64,000 nucleotides of DNA, taken from positions 311,538 to 375,537 of the IMG/VR virus record IMGVR_UViG_3300030673_000004, one strand, 5' to 3'. The notes beneath the pieces are model-generated. The model searched no databases, had not been told where the DNA came from, and saw only the letters and a list, made by a program, of their open reading frames with translations. A program made the translations under genes and the position numbers. Each line of letters begins with the position of its first letter. The first letter of the stretch is position 1. Of the stretch, positions 11,801 through 20,896 are shown one piece after another.

Positions 11801-11975
11801 TAATAATCTTTCAAGTATACTAGATGTAAGTGGTGCTTGGAATGGAACATCAACGGGCACCCCGTCGCTGAGCAGTGTAGCGACAGCTTTGCAGAATTTA
11901 ATTGCTATGCTTGGATATAATACTACAAATGCGGCAGAGAGTACATTACACACCTTGTTCACATACACACACTGA
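8883..11975 (+). CDS. Tail fibre / baseplate-attached fibre protein
   Basis: 1030 aa, Thr/Gly/Ser-rich, three repeats of GT.SAP.(Y/I)(T/S)F....(S/T)G(F/M)(F/Y) common in phage fibres; follows the tail-collar gene. Confidence 0.7.
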   Translation: MTMKAVFSYSNPDATTDMNAHFRILFKKGIVSGGLITPVGGTYQVTVSAFTAVSYDGMVVEQDAATTLTIPSSTKGTTYYVVLVAQYNAPASPTLQLQVMSSTTYAASPTDYFIILGSVTLASTSTSVLNNNISYVARDVTTKVGYLNIQGSISMNDTPPNTGNRSGDLYVIYDSTPPYFIVWNGAEWTKFTDYSSLAEEYEVHVTDNGDFTGTTAMTDARHVTKSIKAALVGTTGTPSATNLFVTQTDTALLSPDEQAALSNAVGGTLTASNPVVAKNLATLEERVVAYTASVGGQTSAQIAATISGSIVSVFVGTRGIESDLSGNSVSTARQFFRVEDAFGKGLVLNSVATYITDVTMNSSSFDTQGAANVGESGFWDGTGTLSVKFNTTIPAGTVFYVRYNIQGTIASLSPANRATGASGRYAIPATGYRNDINSYIESYSIQTNTITTTAINIKGQSFAAKGTPSAPSYTFTADNTTGFFYVGTTTENHLTDYQGLGFAIGGQTLLVMGKATATLDMSGAYHMLEADVDTNGYPYHKWALVTSTAGGSGTTGSFMFGTANYLSDFTPAFGILWQPSRAQTFNKSQPYVSIQRDVAIEALGSTDTYQLSVMGGTASAPGITFNRSQSGFYYFDDMGDAKHSLYKGIAVAINGSPLVVMGNNSASISGSAYATQYLMIEKSDNSDVRLGMFGYQTAGALRLGYSYYLDDWVDQIVLGDDIRVYDDLVSTRNITCTTVTSTTATRAPMHIATTDGTTSAPAYSFASNPSWGMYLAGSIQNSDLYLGTRLTLAVNGYDHLALGRDTWLGYSSAPIAPLEINSYAQGSNAEFGYNIAIPFTVSNGGTHKIKFGTSYYNSDFDEEFTLITYGSGASSELHAYCQFHIESGSSFYMHTGVGTGHDDLISRVDCLYSTPLNDRYFTVNSCMSVSNGLYVTAFGTTTAAQLVLGSGTMNTTWTRANSTTVKDWFQTKVNNLSSILDVSGAWNGTSTGTPSLSSVATALQNLIAMLGYNTTNAAESTLHTLFTYTH

Positions 11976-11991
11976 TAACCAAACTACACAT

Positions 11992-12032
11992 ATAAACAAA
12001 AAAAGAGCTGTTACGCTCTTTTTTTTGTTTAT
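11992..12032. terminator. Bidirectional intrinsic terminator
   Basis: Inverted repeat ATAAACAAAAAAAGAGC-TGTTAC-GCTCTTTTTTTTGTTTAT after the fibre stop codon. Confidence 0.8.
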
Positions 12033-12065
12033 TATAAGTTAAGAACATATATGTAAATAAAAAAG

Positions 12066-14243
12066 ATGATAGCATTAATTATATTGGTACATAATCAAAG
12101 CCAGTACCTATTAGACTTAGAGCAGGCGCTGCTACAACAGACGCGACAGCCAGATAAGATAGTTTTTGTGGTTGATCGGTGCTTGGCCGATTTCCAAGCA
12201 GCAACAAGCATAGCAGAAAAACACACAAACTGGTTAGCGCTTCATGTTAACCTGGACCAACTAGAGACCAGTTCCTGCTTAATAGGTAAATCCAGAGATG
12301 CAGCACTTAAACTTGTACCAGACTACAATGTAATATTTACAGACGCCGATTGTACACCAAGCCCACGCTTGATTGAGCATCACGCAAAATACTTAGAGAA
12401 CGATTCTGAAATTATTGCTACTGCAGGTGTACGCATATCAATTAATCAGGATGGATCTCAAAGCGGTGACATCAGATTAACAGAGATGCCGTTTAGAAGA
12501 ACATCCTTTAATCCAGATGTCGATAGAATAGCTTTAAGTGAGCAAGCTGACAACCCTATGGTTTTATTTGGATGTAATTTTGGATTAAACCTAAGAGCAA
12601 TAGAGTGTATAAAACAAATACATAAAAATATCTTTAATGAAGATAGAGTATTTTCATCCGTGTTTGACTCAGCTTGGGGATATGAAGAATCATCTCTAGG
12701 ACCGTTACTATATAATCAGGGGGGGAAACTAATACTGCTAGCGACAGAACAAAGTAACGTCACGCACCACTGGCACAACAGTCGCAAAACAGATACACAA
12801 GCAAGAACAGCAAGTCAGTATATAAACAAAACCTGCTTATGTCCTGTAACAATAACTAAAAATAGCTATAATTGCTATAACGCAGTCAGTAACTTACCGC
12901 AATGGCTAACGAGTATACTTAAAGAATACACACAAAGAGAACAAGCTGAAATTGCAGACTGCTTATATCAGCGTGCTACAAAAGTAGCAGGTACGGAAAA
13001 AACAGACCCAAATAACATAAATAAGGTTACCCAGTTCTTAAACAAGCATCGTTTCTATGTTGAAGTGCCTAATGATGGTACACAAATAGAAAAGACCGAA
13101 TCTTGCCGTGTCCTACCGAAAACAGCATATACAAGCTGTGACGCAACTGTTGTGCTACCTATGCACAACCAGGAAAACAATGTTGACCGTATCCTCACAG
13201 CGCTAAGCCAACAATCAAAACTACCAAAAGAACTAATCATAGTTGCCGATAGATGCACCGATGGAACAACAGCTAAAATTAGAAATATCCAAAGTACACT
13301 ACCATTTGAAACAACACTACGAATACGGTGTCCTACGGAAGAGGGCTTCAGAGCAGGCCAGGTTAGAAATGACGGAATAGATCAAGCAAAAGCTACCAAC
13401 ATTCTTATGCTAGATGGTGACTGCGTGCCTGCACCACGGTGGGTTGAAGCGCACATGGACATTCTAGAAAAAGCAACTGTACCCTGTGCTACATTTGGAA
13501 TACGACACGACCAGATAGAGGAAGCATCACCCAATACTCGTTCGGACACACGCACATACCGAACAACAATACCTATTTTTGCAAGAACAGAAGCAAGAGT
13601 AACCACGTTCAAAGGTGTGATCTATGGGGGCATGGGTACATGGTCGTGTAACCTAGGATTAAATAAAGCAGCGGTAATGTTACTGAAGCAATTGAATAAT
13701 GGCTCAGTATTCTCAAACCAATTAACACAAGGTGTCTGGGGTGGTGAAGATACATACCTAGGAATGCAGCTCTGGGATAATTGGGCAATGTGTGTAGCAA
13801 CAAACCCAGAAAAAGGCAGCGTATATCATATCTGGCATAGCCGATACTCAGGTAAAGTCGGTACAGATCATATGCTTAGACTAAAGCATAGCCAGATCCC
13901 AACAATGTTTTATAGAAATAAAACACGACTAACAAACATTGCAGACACTGAAATACAACTACTTGCAACACACACTATAAAAGATCTACCTGGTGTATAT
14001 AAACTATACATAGACAATGCACTTAAATATAGCCCAGATGAAGTAACGACACAAAAAGCATTAGCGTACTACTTAGCGAGAACAGTCGTGTTTGAAGAAT
14101 GTCCAAAGGGTACTCAAGAACAGCTACAGACAGATGCCATGTATAAAGAACTCTGTCGCATTCGCGATCTAGTTGCAATGACTAAAATTGATATGCTAGA
14201 CTACCAAGAAGCCCTCAAGGATAAAATAACACTACAATTTTAG
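12066..14243 (+). CDS. Tandem double GT2 (GT-A fold) glycosyltransferase
   Basis: Two GT2 modules: IILVHNQ...VVDRC...IFTDADC...WGYEE and VVLPMHNQ...VADRCTDGT...LMLDGDC...WGGED, each with a DxD motif and a late H.WH motif. Confidence 0.85.
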   Translation: MIALIILVHNQSQYLLDLEQALLQQTRQPDKIVFVVDRCLADFQAATSIAEKHTNWLALHVNLDQLETSSCLIGKSRDAALKLVPDYNVIFTDADCTPSPRLIEHHAKYLENDSEIIATAGVRISINQDGSQSGDIRLTEMPFRRTSFNPDVDRIALSEQADNPMVLFGCNFGLNLRAIECIKQIHKNIFNEDRVFSSVFDSAWGYEESSLGPLLYNQGGKLILLATEQSNVTHHWHNSRKTDTQARTASQYINKTCLCPVTITKNSYNCYNAVSNLPQWLTSILKEYTQREQAEIADCLYQRATKVAGTEKTDPNNINKVTQFLNKHRFYVEVPNDGTQIEKTESCRVLPKTAYTSCDATVVLPMHNQENNVDRILTALSQQSKLPKELIIVADRCTDGTTAKIRNIQSTLPFETTLRIRCPTEEGFRAGQVRNDGIDQAKATNILMLDGDCVPAPRWVEAHMDILEKATVPCATFGIRHDQIEEASPNTRSDTRTYRTTIPIFARTEARVTTFKGVIYGGMGTWSCNLGLNKAAVMLLKQLNNGSVFSNQLTQGVWGGEDTYLGMQLWDNWAMCVATNPEKGSVYHIWHSRYSGKVGTDHMLRLKHSQIPTMFYRNKTRLTNIADTEIQLLATHTIKDLPGVYKLYIDNALKYSPDEVTTQKALAYYLARTVVFEECPKGTQEQLQTDAMYKELCRIRDLVAMTKIDMLDYQEALKDKITLQF

Positions 14244-14267
14244 TAAAAGTAGCAACTTCTTTGTACC

Positions 14268-14750
14268 ATGGAACAAGAAAAAGAAGCTATACTGCAAACG
14301 AGCATTGAAGTATCTACTACATGTGATTTGTGGCTAGACAGTCTTGCTCTAATCTATCACACATACTACTGTGCTCATGTTGGTCATTGGAACATCAAGG
14401 GAGAATCATTCTCAGCTTGGCATAAGTTCCTGAATGACGCTTATGAATTCTGGCATGATCTAGCCGATACTGTAGCAGAACATATCCGGGCCACGTTCAA
14501 AGAAGACATCCCCAATAATTTCCAAGTACTCCTTCGTAGGATACAAGGTGACCCAACAGCAGACATAGAGCCCGATGGGCTAGGCTACTTCCAGGCTCTT
14601 TTAGTCTACCAGGAAGCGGCTGCTACTGTATTTGATATGCTCGCGAAGAAAGCAGATGCTGAAAGTGACCAAGCATCCTTAGATCTTGCAGCATCGACAC
14701 TCCGCGAGATCAAAAAGTATATCTGGCAAACACGAAGCCACTTGGACTAA
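14268..14750 (+). CDS. dps: Dps-like ferritin-family protein
   Basis: HWNIKGESFSAWHKFLNDAYE...ADTVAEHI matches the Dps ferroxidase signature; 160 aa. Confidence 0.85.
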   Translation: MEQEKEAILQTSIEVSTTCDLWLDSLALIYHTYYCAHVGHWNIKGESFSAWHKFLNDAYEFWHDLADTVAEHIRATFKEDIPNNFQVLLRRIQGDPTADIEPDGLGYFQALLVYQEAAATVFDMLAKKADAESDQASLDLAASTLREIKKYIWQTRSHLD

Positions 14751-14758
14751 TCTAAGAT

Positions 14759-15166
14759 ATGTCGTCAGATATGCTAAAGAATACACTACGCATAGGACAC
14801 AAGGCAGTAGCCTCGCGTGTATCCATTATGGAATTAACACAGTCGTTAACAGACCGAGGTATTCGCCATATTATTGCTCCCGATGGATCTGTCTTAGTCC
14901 CAAAAGGAACTAAAACAAATGAAGATCTATCGTCTAAGGTACAAGAAATAATAAAAATACTCCAACGAGACCCAAGTAATTCAATGAAAGTAGCCATTGA
15001 ATTAAACACCAATGTGCCAGATAACAAAAGAACAGTAACAATTAAGAATAACTCTATGATAGAGGGATCCTGGATTCTTACCACCAAGGAACTCGCGGAG
15101 TTGTTCGATCACAAGGACTACTTCCCTGTAGAACTTCAACTCACAACCGAGGAAACATCAGAATGA
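14759..15166 (+). CDS. Hypothetical protein
   Basis: 135-aa ORF; shares an N-terminal motif with the next gene. Confidence 0.65.
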   Translation: MSSDMLKNTLRIGHKAVASRVSIMELTQSLTDRGIRHIIAPDGSVLVPKGTKTNEDLSSKVQEIIKILQRDPSNSMKVAIELNTNVPDNKRTVTIKNNSMIEGSWILTTKELAELFDHKDYFPVELQLTTEETSE

Positions 15167-15825
15167 ACACAGAAAACGTAACTAAGATGACACAGGCTCT
15201 TGCTGCACGTGGCCACGAGAGCATCATTACAGCCTCAGGTGAGATCCTGATTGCAACGTCTAAGGCGAAGTTGCACGCGGCTGAAAAGGTACGTACTATT
15301 CTTCCATCAACAGCAAAGTTTGATGGTGAAAAGTGGGCTACCACATACGAAGGCCAGTACATCACAGATCCGGCAGAATTGGCTCGGTTGCGTGAAGAAG
15401 CTAAGTCCAATGAAGAGACAGCTTTGCGCTTGGGCAAGATCTCCGGTAAGGGTGATAAGCAAGAAGCCTTTCTAAAGTCCGGCCCTGTTGTTGAACTGGA
15501 TAAAAAAGCTATTTCTGAGTACATGAAGGGTCTGGACAAGACAACTAAGGCTCGCAAGGATCAGGCTACACAACCAGAAAAGCCTAAGGCACCGGCAGTA
15601 AAGCAGAATGAAGGCGAAGCTGGCAAGAAGACTGAAAAGACTGTTGCTAAGCGTAAGACTGCTTCTGTAAAAACAGAAGAGAGTGAAGCTGGCAAGAAGA
15701 CCGAGTCTATTGTAGCCAAGCGCAAAAATGCTAAAGCTGATGAAGGCAAGAACTTCCAACAAGAAGCTCCTAAGCCAGCAGCAGTACCGAAGACAGGTAA
15801 TGGATCTAAGCCTGCTAAAAAGTAA
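15163..15825 (+). CDS. Lys/Ala-rich protein with repetitive basic C-terminal tail
   Basis: Repeat EAGKKTE..VAKRK twice; many AAG/GCT/CGT codons. Confidence 0.75.
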   Translation: MNTENVTKMTQALAARGHESIITASGEILIATSKAKLHAAEKVRTILPSTAKFDGEKWATTYEGQYITDPAELARLREEAKSNEETALRLGKISGKGDKQEAFLKSGPVVELDKKAISEYMKGLDKTTKARKDQATQPEKPKAPAVKQNEGEAGKKTEKTVAKRKTASVKTEESEAGKKTESIVAKRKNAKADEGKNFQQEAPKPAAVPKTGNGSKPAKK

Positions 15826-15848
15826 GCATAGATAACTTGGTGGTAAAT

Positions 15849-15890
15849 AGATTAGGCCAGGGTAATACTATCCTGGCCTAATCTCTTTTT
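15849..15890 (+). terminator. Intrinsic terminator
   Basis: 13-bp stem AGATTAGGCCAGG/CCTGGCCTAATCT followed by CTTTTT. Confidence 0.8.
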
Positions 15891-15900
15891 AAGGAAACAT

Positions 15901-16218
15901 ATGGCCAAGCAACGCATAGAACCACCGACACAGCCAGCAGAACCATCCACCGAGATGCAACGGTTATCAGCTATTGTAGGGGAAGATGCACTAGGGCAGA
16001 AATCTGATGACGGGATTCCACACCCACCCTATGATCAAGTTCCCTATCTCAATAATGAGATAACATTCAAGGACCGTGAAGCTGAGCTAGCGCTTATGAT
16101 TCAGCTACTGGATTTCCGCAAGAAGAAAGCAGTAGAAGAACTGTACTATGTACAGAACTGCAGAGATCATAGGTACTATCCAGATATTGTTCACCAGGAC
16201 CCAGATAAGGCCCAATAA
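15901..16218 (+). CDS. Hypothetical protein
   Basis: 105-aa ORF with AAGGA RBS. Confidence 0.7.
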   Translation: MAKQRIEPPTQPAEPSTEMQRLSAIVGEDALGQKSDDGIPHPPYDQVPYLNNEITFKDREAELALMIQLLDFRKKKAVEELYYVQNCRDHRYYPDIVHQDPDKAQ

Positions 16219-16227
16219 GGATTTAGC

Positions 16228-19200
16228 ATGGCGAACTTACAAACATATTATGTAGATCTCTCTTTAAGCAATTCTGTTGTTGGGGAAGGCACAGCAACAA
16301 ATAAATACTCATGGGGAGATGTACTACGTTGGTTCGCTACTCTAAATGCGTCACCGTTTGATACACCGAACGCTCTTGATGAGGGCATTCCCTTTGATAT
16401 GACAGGTGTGAGTGTTGAATTTAGAATGACAGGCAAAAAGACAATGCTAGTAACTGATGTACTAGCATTGTCTAATCTTGAATTCTTCTTAGATGCATTC
16501 ATTCGTTTCACAAGCGATGATCCTGCTACCAACGGTGTACCTGTCTGGCAGTTCGCGTCAAACACAACACTAGATACGTTCATATCTCTAACTCTAGGCT
16601 CCGCAGCCAACATTAAGATACAGGGTGTCTTTCTTGACATAGAAGGCTCCGTAGGAACCTTAATATCCAATACTAGTGACAACGGAAAAACAACACTAGA
16701 GAACAACATAATCGTAGCTCGAAATAAGACCACAGTAATAAACTCAACAGCTACTTATGGTGCAATAACATTCGCAGGGAATACCGTTCTCGTTGGATCT
16801 ATCGCAAGTGGTCAGCATGTTCTTGTTTCTAGTACAGGAGCTAATACATCAATTGCCGTATCCCACAACATTGTAGGACAACACGTAGACTCAGGCTCAG
16901 CCATGGTTGCCTTCTCAGCAGACAGCACAAACACAATCACAGCATCTGGAAATGTCTGGGCAATCAGAGCGAATGGTAGTGCCTACACAGGCGTGTACCC
17001 AAGTGCAGGCAATGGTGCCCCAGATGTATTTGGACAAGTTCTAACCGATGTAGTCTACGGGGATACAACCCTAGGTGGAACTACGGTAGACTTCACAACA
17101 ATCTTAAATACTGACACGGATATGGCACGAGGTTGTTCTGAATTTACTATGGGATTCGCTAGAGCAAATCCCGCAGGACCGGCAACACAAATAATGTCAA
17201 GCCAAGCGGTTACAGTAACAGCTACAGATGCTGTAGGCTATCTAGACATTAATGGCAAATACCGTTCCAGTACTATTGATGCCGGAGCTATCCAAAAGAG
17301 TGGCCTGACAACAGCGAGCACAACTCATGTGGATTTAGGTTTGAGTGCTACTCGCTCAAATCGCATAGGAACAGTTGATGATCCAATCACGCGAACAGAC
17401 TGGCTATTAGATTTAGTCCAGAGAGCCCCTGTAGATAACGAAATACAGTATGCTATTCGTGGCAGCATGGCTTCTGGATCAGCAACCCTTGATATCATAC
17501 TTGGTACAGGATCCAACTATACAGGATCTGGGACTATTAACATAATAGGTTGGAAGACCTTTAATAGAACATTACCTAAACTACGAATCAATTCTGTCTA
17601 CTGGAATCAGACTATCAATACAACATTCCAAAAGATACAAGTGGAGTGGACAGGCACACAAGATCTATTAACATGTCCTGCATCAGGATTAAATGCGAAT
17701 GCTACAACATGCTCGCTACTTAATCTAACAGTACGAAGCAACGTAGCAAACACGGGTAGATTCCTTGCGCTACCTACAACCAGCCCTATTGTACAATTGG
17801 GTGGTGTTAGCGCGGCATTTAAGCACACAAGTGCAACAACGCAAGCTAAAGGTTATATAGCTATTGATTCAGACCTGGCTCATAGTGTTACGCTATCAGC
17901 ATTTGAACTAGCAAACCAAACAGCGCTAATGACTGTTCCGGCGCAAACAAGTGTGATCGGTATCTATGCGCACACACCGGCAGGAACTGCGGTCGTAACA
18001 GGACCAACCGCAACATTTGCCACATTGAATGGTATAGAACCTTTTAATGATACAACGTCAGATACTGCGGACTTCACGCTGGTATCAACAACAAGCGCTG
18101 TTGGTATCTTAGCAGATTCCACATATCTACCAACTTCAGTGAAAACATATCTCGTGCGGGACTGTCGAGATCTAGAACGCTCAGCATACCCCTATGGCAC
18201 AACAGCGCTAGATGCTGGAGCATATGAGTATGGATATAAGATATACCCGGAAATCCATCTCTATGCAGATCTAAGCAAGACCTCTACAGGACACATCGGA
18301 ACCATCATTGATAAATTCTCGTATGCTGATTTAGTAGCTTGGATTGCTACGGCAAAGACAGCAACACTAACAAAAAAATATATTGTTCATTTGCTTCGTA
18401 GCCTAGAAGCAGACACAACAATCTTAGATTTATCAAACATTGAAGGTAACCCGTACACGGGTAGCATCACGTTTGTCACTGATAATGGTAAAAGTGCAGC
18501 AACACTCATTAGTGCGCAAGCACCTGCAGTTACAGCATATAACACACAGGGATTGAATCTTGAGTTAAACAAGATAATTCTTGGCAGTTCCTCTGGATAT
18601 GGGCCTATTGCACTATCAGGAGAGAGCACCACAAAAAATACACTAACAGTTGATAACTCTATCTTAAGTTGGATTCATAGCCAAGTTGGATTCATCGTAT
18701 CTCGAACAGGTACGCTATCAGGCACAGATAGTATAACAGTCAACACAGTAGTATTTGCACAAACACAAACAACATCAGATAGTGGTAAAGATTTTGACGC
18801 GCTACTAGCTTCTATACAAAACGACAGCACCATCGGTGATCTGGTGATTGTAACAGAAGTTACACAAGGAACAACATACCGCATATCACCAGCCACATCT
18901 GTTGACATCACAGTAAATACGTCAACGAACATAACAAATGCACGCTGTGTTAGCCTAATTGATGGAGATACCAATTGGACCGCACGCATTGGTGCCTGTA
19001 GCATAGCAGATAGCTTCACTAAAGACTTATCAATCCAAACAAATGTGGTAGGCTCAACACCTGTAGATTTTGCTGCAACTGCAATACAAAGTGTTGCTAG
19101 CGGAACGTCACATCTGGGAACTATCGCTACAACTGTAAACAATGTCTATGGGCTCGTCTACTCAGCAGCGGCTACTCTAGGTACAGTTTCTGGCACAACG

Positions 19201-20289
19201 ATAAATGCCAAAACTACATCTAATGCGATCTTTGCTAATGCAGCAGATGCAGATTTCAGTGAAGATTCATTTAAGTTAACAGGCAATGTAGACTCTCTGA
19301 GTATCCTAAACGGTTCCCAATTACCTGCATGGGCAAGTACACTAAACGTTGACATGGTTGGCGCTCTACGCTTCTCTACGACTTCTGAAGCAATGGATGC
19401 GGGTGCTATTGAATACAATGGAATAGCATCTACAGGTACTTATGACTCAGACACGTCATCACCTGTTGTAACCAGAACAAATCTGGGCCAGGTCGCCTTC
19501 ATGCGTGCTGAGACAGAAGGGCCTCTCTCTGTATTAAACCCATATACATCGGGTACCCGTTCGGTTAATCCTTTTGCGTACAAGATTGTTGGCTACCAAC
19601 TACTAAATGCTGGTTATGTCTATTGGCAACCGACGCAACCAACAGATATTCAAGACTTCTCAGGAACACAAGCATCGGCTACTATTACAATTGCTAATGG
19701 TAACTCTTTTGATGCAACAACCCGTATTTCTGTTACCTATTTAGGACACACCTGCGCACTAACATATACAGCGGCCACTGGCAGCACAGGGATATTCGCT
19801 GCGGGCGCTACAGCTAGTGATACAGCACAAAATATAGCAAGTCTCCTGAGAAGCACAAGCGTTGCAGGGATACCCTTAGAATCTGTACTATGGGTATCTG
19901 TAGCAGCTAATGTAATTACGCTAACAGCCAAGTTACTGGGATCCTACGGAAATCTAATAACGGTTACAACAACAGGAATAGGTGTAAACAATACGGTGAT
20001 GGCTAATGGTACTGATGCTACGACACCAAGTAGTTTGGTTTATCCTGCCAACGGGTGGATAGCTTTTGATAAAACAGAGATACCGGATCCCTACTCAGTG
20101 AGTTTCTTGCTGAAATTAGGAGTAAGTGATGCTAATGTTGCCTTTGGCGCCATCGTCGTCATGGCTGAAATTATCTCATCCCCACTACCATCTGAAGTAG
20201 GAACAGTAATTCCTTTTGCTATAGCACGCATGCCGCTAGAATCAAAACACGAAAGAAAAACCATCTCTTGTAGGGTGCTGTTCACTTAA
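16228..20289 (+). CDS. Large virion protein: three beta-helix-like modules plus C-terminal tail-collar-like domain
   Basis: Three modules starting (Y/H).(V/A)DL...GT and ending D..G..R...DAGA(I/Y)(Q/E), like choice-of-anchor-Q ends of beta-helix proteins; C-terminus resembles the 8449 protein. Confidence 0.6.
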   Translation: MANLQTYYVDLSLSNSVVGEGTATNKYSWGDVLRWFATLNASPFDTPNALDEGIPFDMTGVSVEFRMTGKKTMLVTDVLALSNLEFFLDAFIRFTSDDPATNGVPVWQFASNTTLDTFISLTLGSAANIKIQGVFLDIEGSVGTLISNTSDNGKTTLENNIIVARNKTTVINSTATYGAITFAGNTVLVGSIASGQHVLVSSTGANTSIAVSHNIVGQHVDSGSAMVAFSADSTNTITASGNVWAIRANGSAYTGVYPSAGNGAPDVFGQVLTDVVYGDTTLGGTTVDFTTILNTDTDMARGCSEFTMGFARANPAGPATQIMSSQAVTVTATDAVGYLDINGKYRSSTIDAGAIQKSGLTTASTTHVDLGLSATRSNRIGTVDDPITRTDWLLDLVQRAPVDNEIQYAIRGSMASGSATLDIILGTGSNYTGSGTINIIGWKTFNRTLPKLRINSVYWNQTINTTFQKIQVEWTGTQDLLTCPASGLNANATTCSLLNLTVRSNVANTGRFLALPTTSPIVQLGGVSAAFKHTSATTQAKGYIAIDSDLAHSVTLSAFELANQTALMTVPAQTSVIGIYAHTPAGTAVVTGPTATFATLNGIEPFNDTTSDTADFTLVSTTSAVGILADSTYLPTSVKTYLVRDCRDLERSAYPYGTTALDAGAYEYGYKIYPEIHLYADLSKTSTGHIGTIIDKFSYADLVAWIATAKTATLTKKYIVHLLRSLEADTTILDLSNIEGNPYTGSITFVTDNGKSAATLISAQAPAVTAYNTQGLNLELNKIILGSSSGYGPIALSGESTTKNTLTVDNSILSWIHSQVGFIVSRTGTLSGTDSITVNTVVFAQTQTTSDSGKDFDALLASIQNDSTIGDLVIVTEVTQGTTYRISPATSVDITVNTSTNITNARCVSLIDGDTNWTARIGACSIADSFTKDLSIQTNVVGSTPVDFAATAIQSVASGTSHLGTIATTVNNVYGLVYSAAATLGTVSGTTINAKTTSNAIFANAADADFSEDSFKLTGNVDSLSILNGSQLPAWASTLNVDMVGALRFSTTSEAMDAGAIEYNGIASTGTYDSDTSSPVVTRTNLGQVAFMRAETEGPLSVLNPYTSGTRSVNPFAYKIVGYQLLNAGYVYWQPTQPTDIQDFSGTQASATITIANGNSFDATTRISVTYLGHTCALTYTAATGSTGIFAAGATASDTAQNIASLLRSTSVAGIPLESVLWVSVAANVITLTAKLLGSYGNLITVTTTGIGVNNTVMANGTDATTPSSLVYPANGWIAFDKTEIPDPYSVSFLLKLGVSDANVAFGAIVVMAEIISSPLPSEVGTVIPFAIARMPLESKHERKTISCRVLFT

Positions 20290-20302
20290 CAAGGATTTAC
20301 CG

Positions 20303-20896
20303 ATGGCTTATCAAATGATTTTAGAAGGAGGGGTACTTAAAACAGTACCTCTCCAGGAAAAACCTATTGTATTCCAAGGTGAAGTGCATTACAACGCAAA
20401 AGCTATGGGCTCGTTTTACCCGCATCGTGGTGGTGCCTCTGTTGAAGTAGTCTCCCAAAACTACAGAGCCCCAACAACAAATACTCCGATTATTGAACAA
20501 CCAGCAGAAGAACAAAAGATAATTCTACCCAAAGCTCATATTGAACCTCCAGTAGTTATATCGGCATTTGCGGAAGCTACTATTGCATTTGATGAACCTG
20601 ATGAGGCCCCGTCAAGTACAGAACAAGCATCCGATATTGTATCGGTTGAAGATGTAGCACAAAGCCTAGCGTATGAAGATGTTCGTGGCGTGGGTATGAC
20701 TCTAAAGGAGTTCAATGCTTATCAACTCAAGGGTGCCCAAGTACGTAAAGTATACCAGAAAGTCATAAATGCAGATGCCTCTGAGATGGGCATTAGCAAA
20801 ATGACACAAGCTATTCTGAATGAGACCGGAAAGTGTGTTGAGCGTCAAGGCGAGATTCTGAGTATCATCTTAGATATTAAGCGAGGGGCTCTGTGA
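20303..20896 (+). CDS. Hypothetical protein
   Basis: 197-aa ORF with AAGGA RBS. Confidence 0.7.
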   Translation: MAYQMILEGGVLKTVPLQEKPIVFQGEVHYNAKAMGSFYPHRGGASVEVVSQNYRAPTTNTPIIEQPAEEQKIILPKAHIEPPVVISAFAEATIAFDEPDEAPSSTEQASDIVSVEDVAQSLAYEDVRGVGMTLKEFNAYQLKGAQVRKVYQKVINADASEMGISKMTQAILNETGKCVERQGEILSIILDIKRGAL

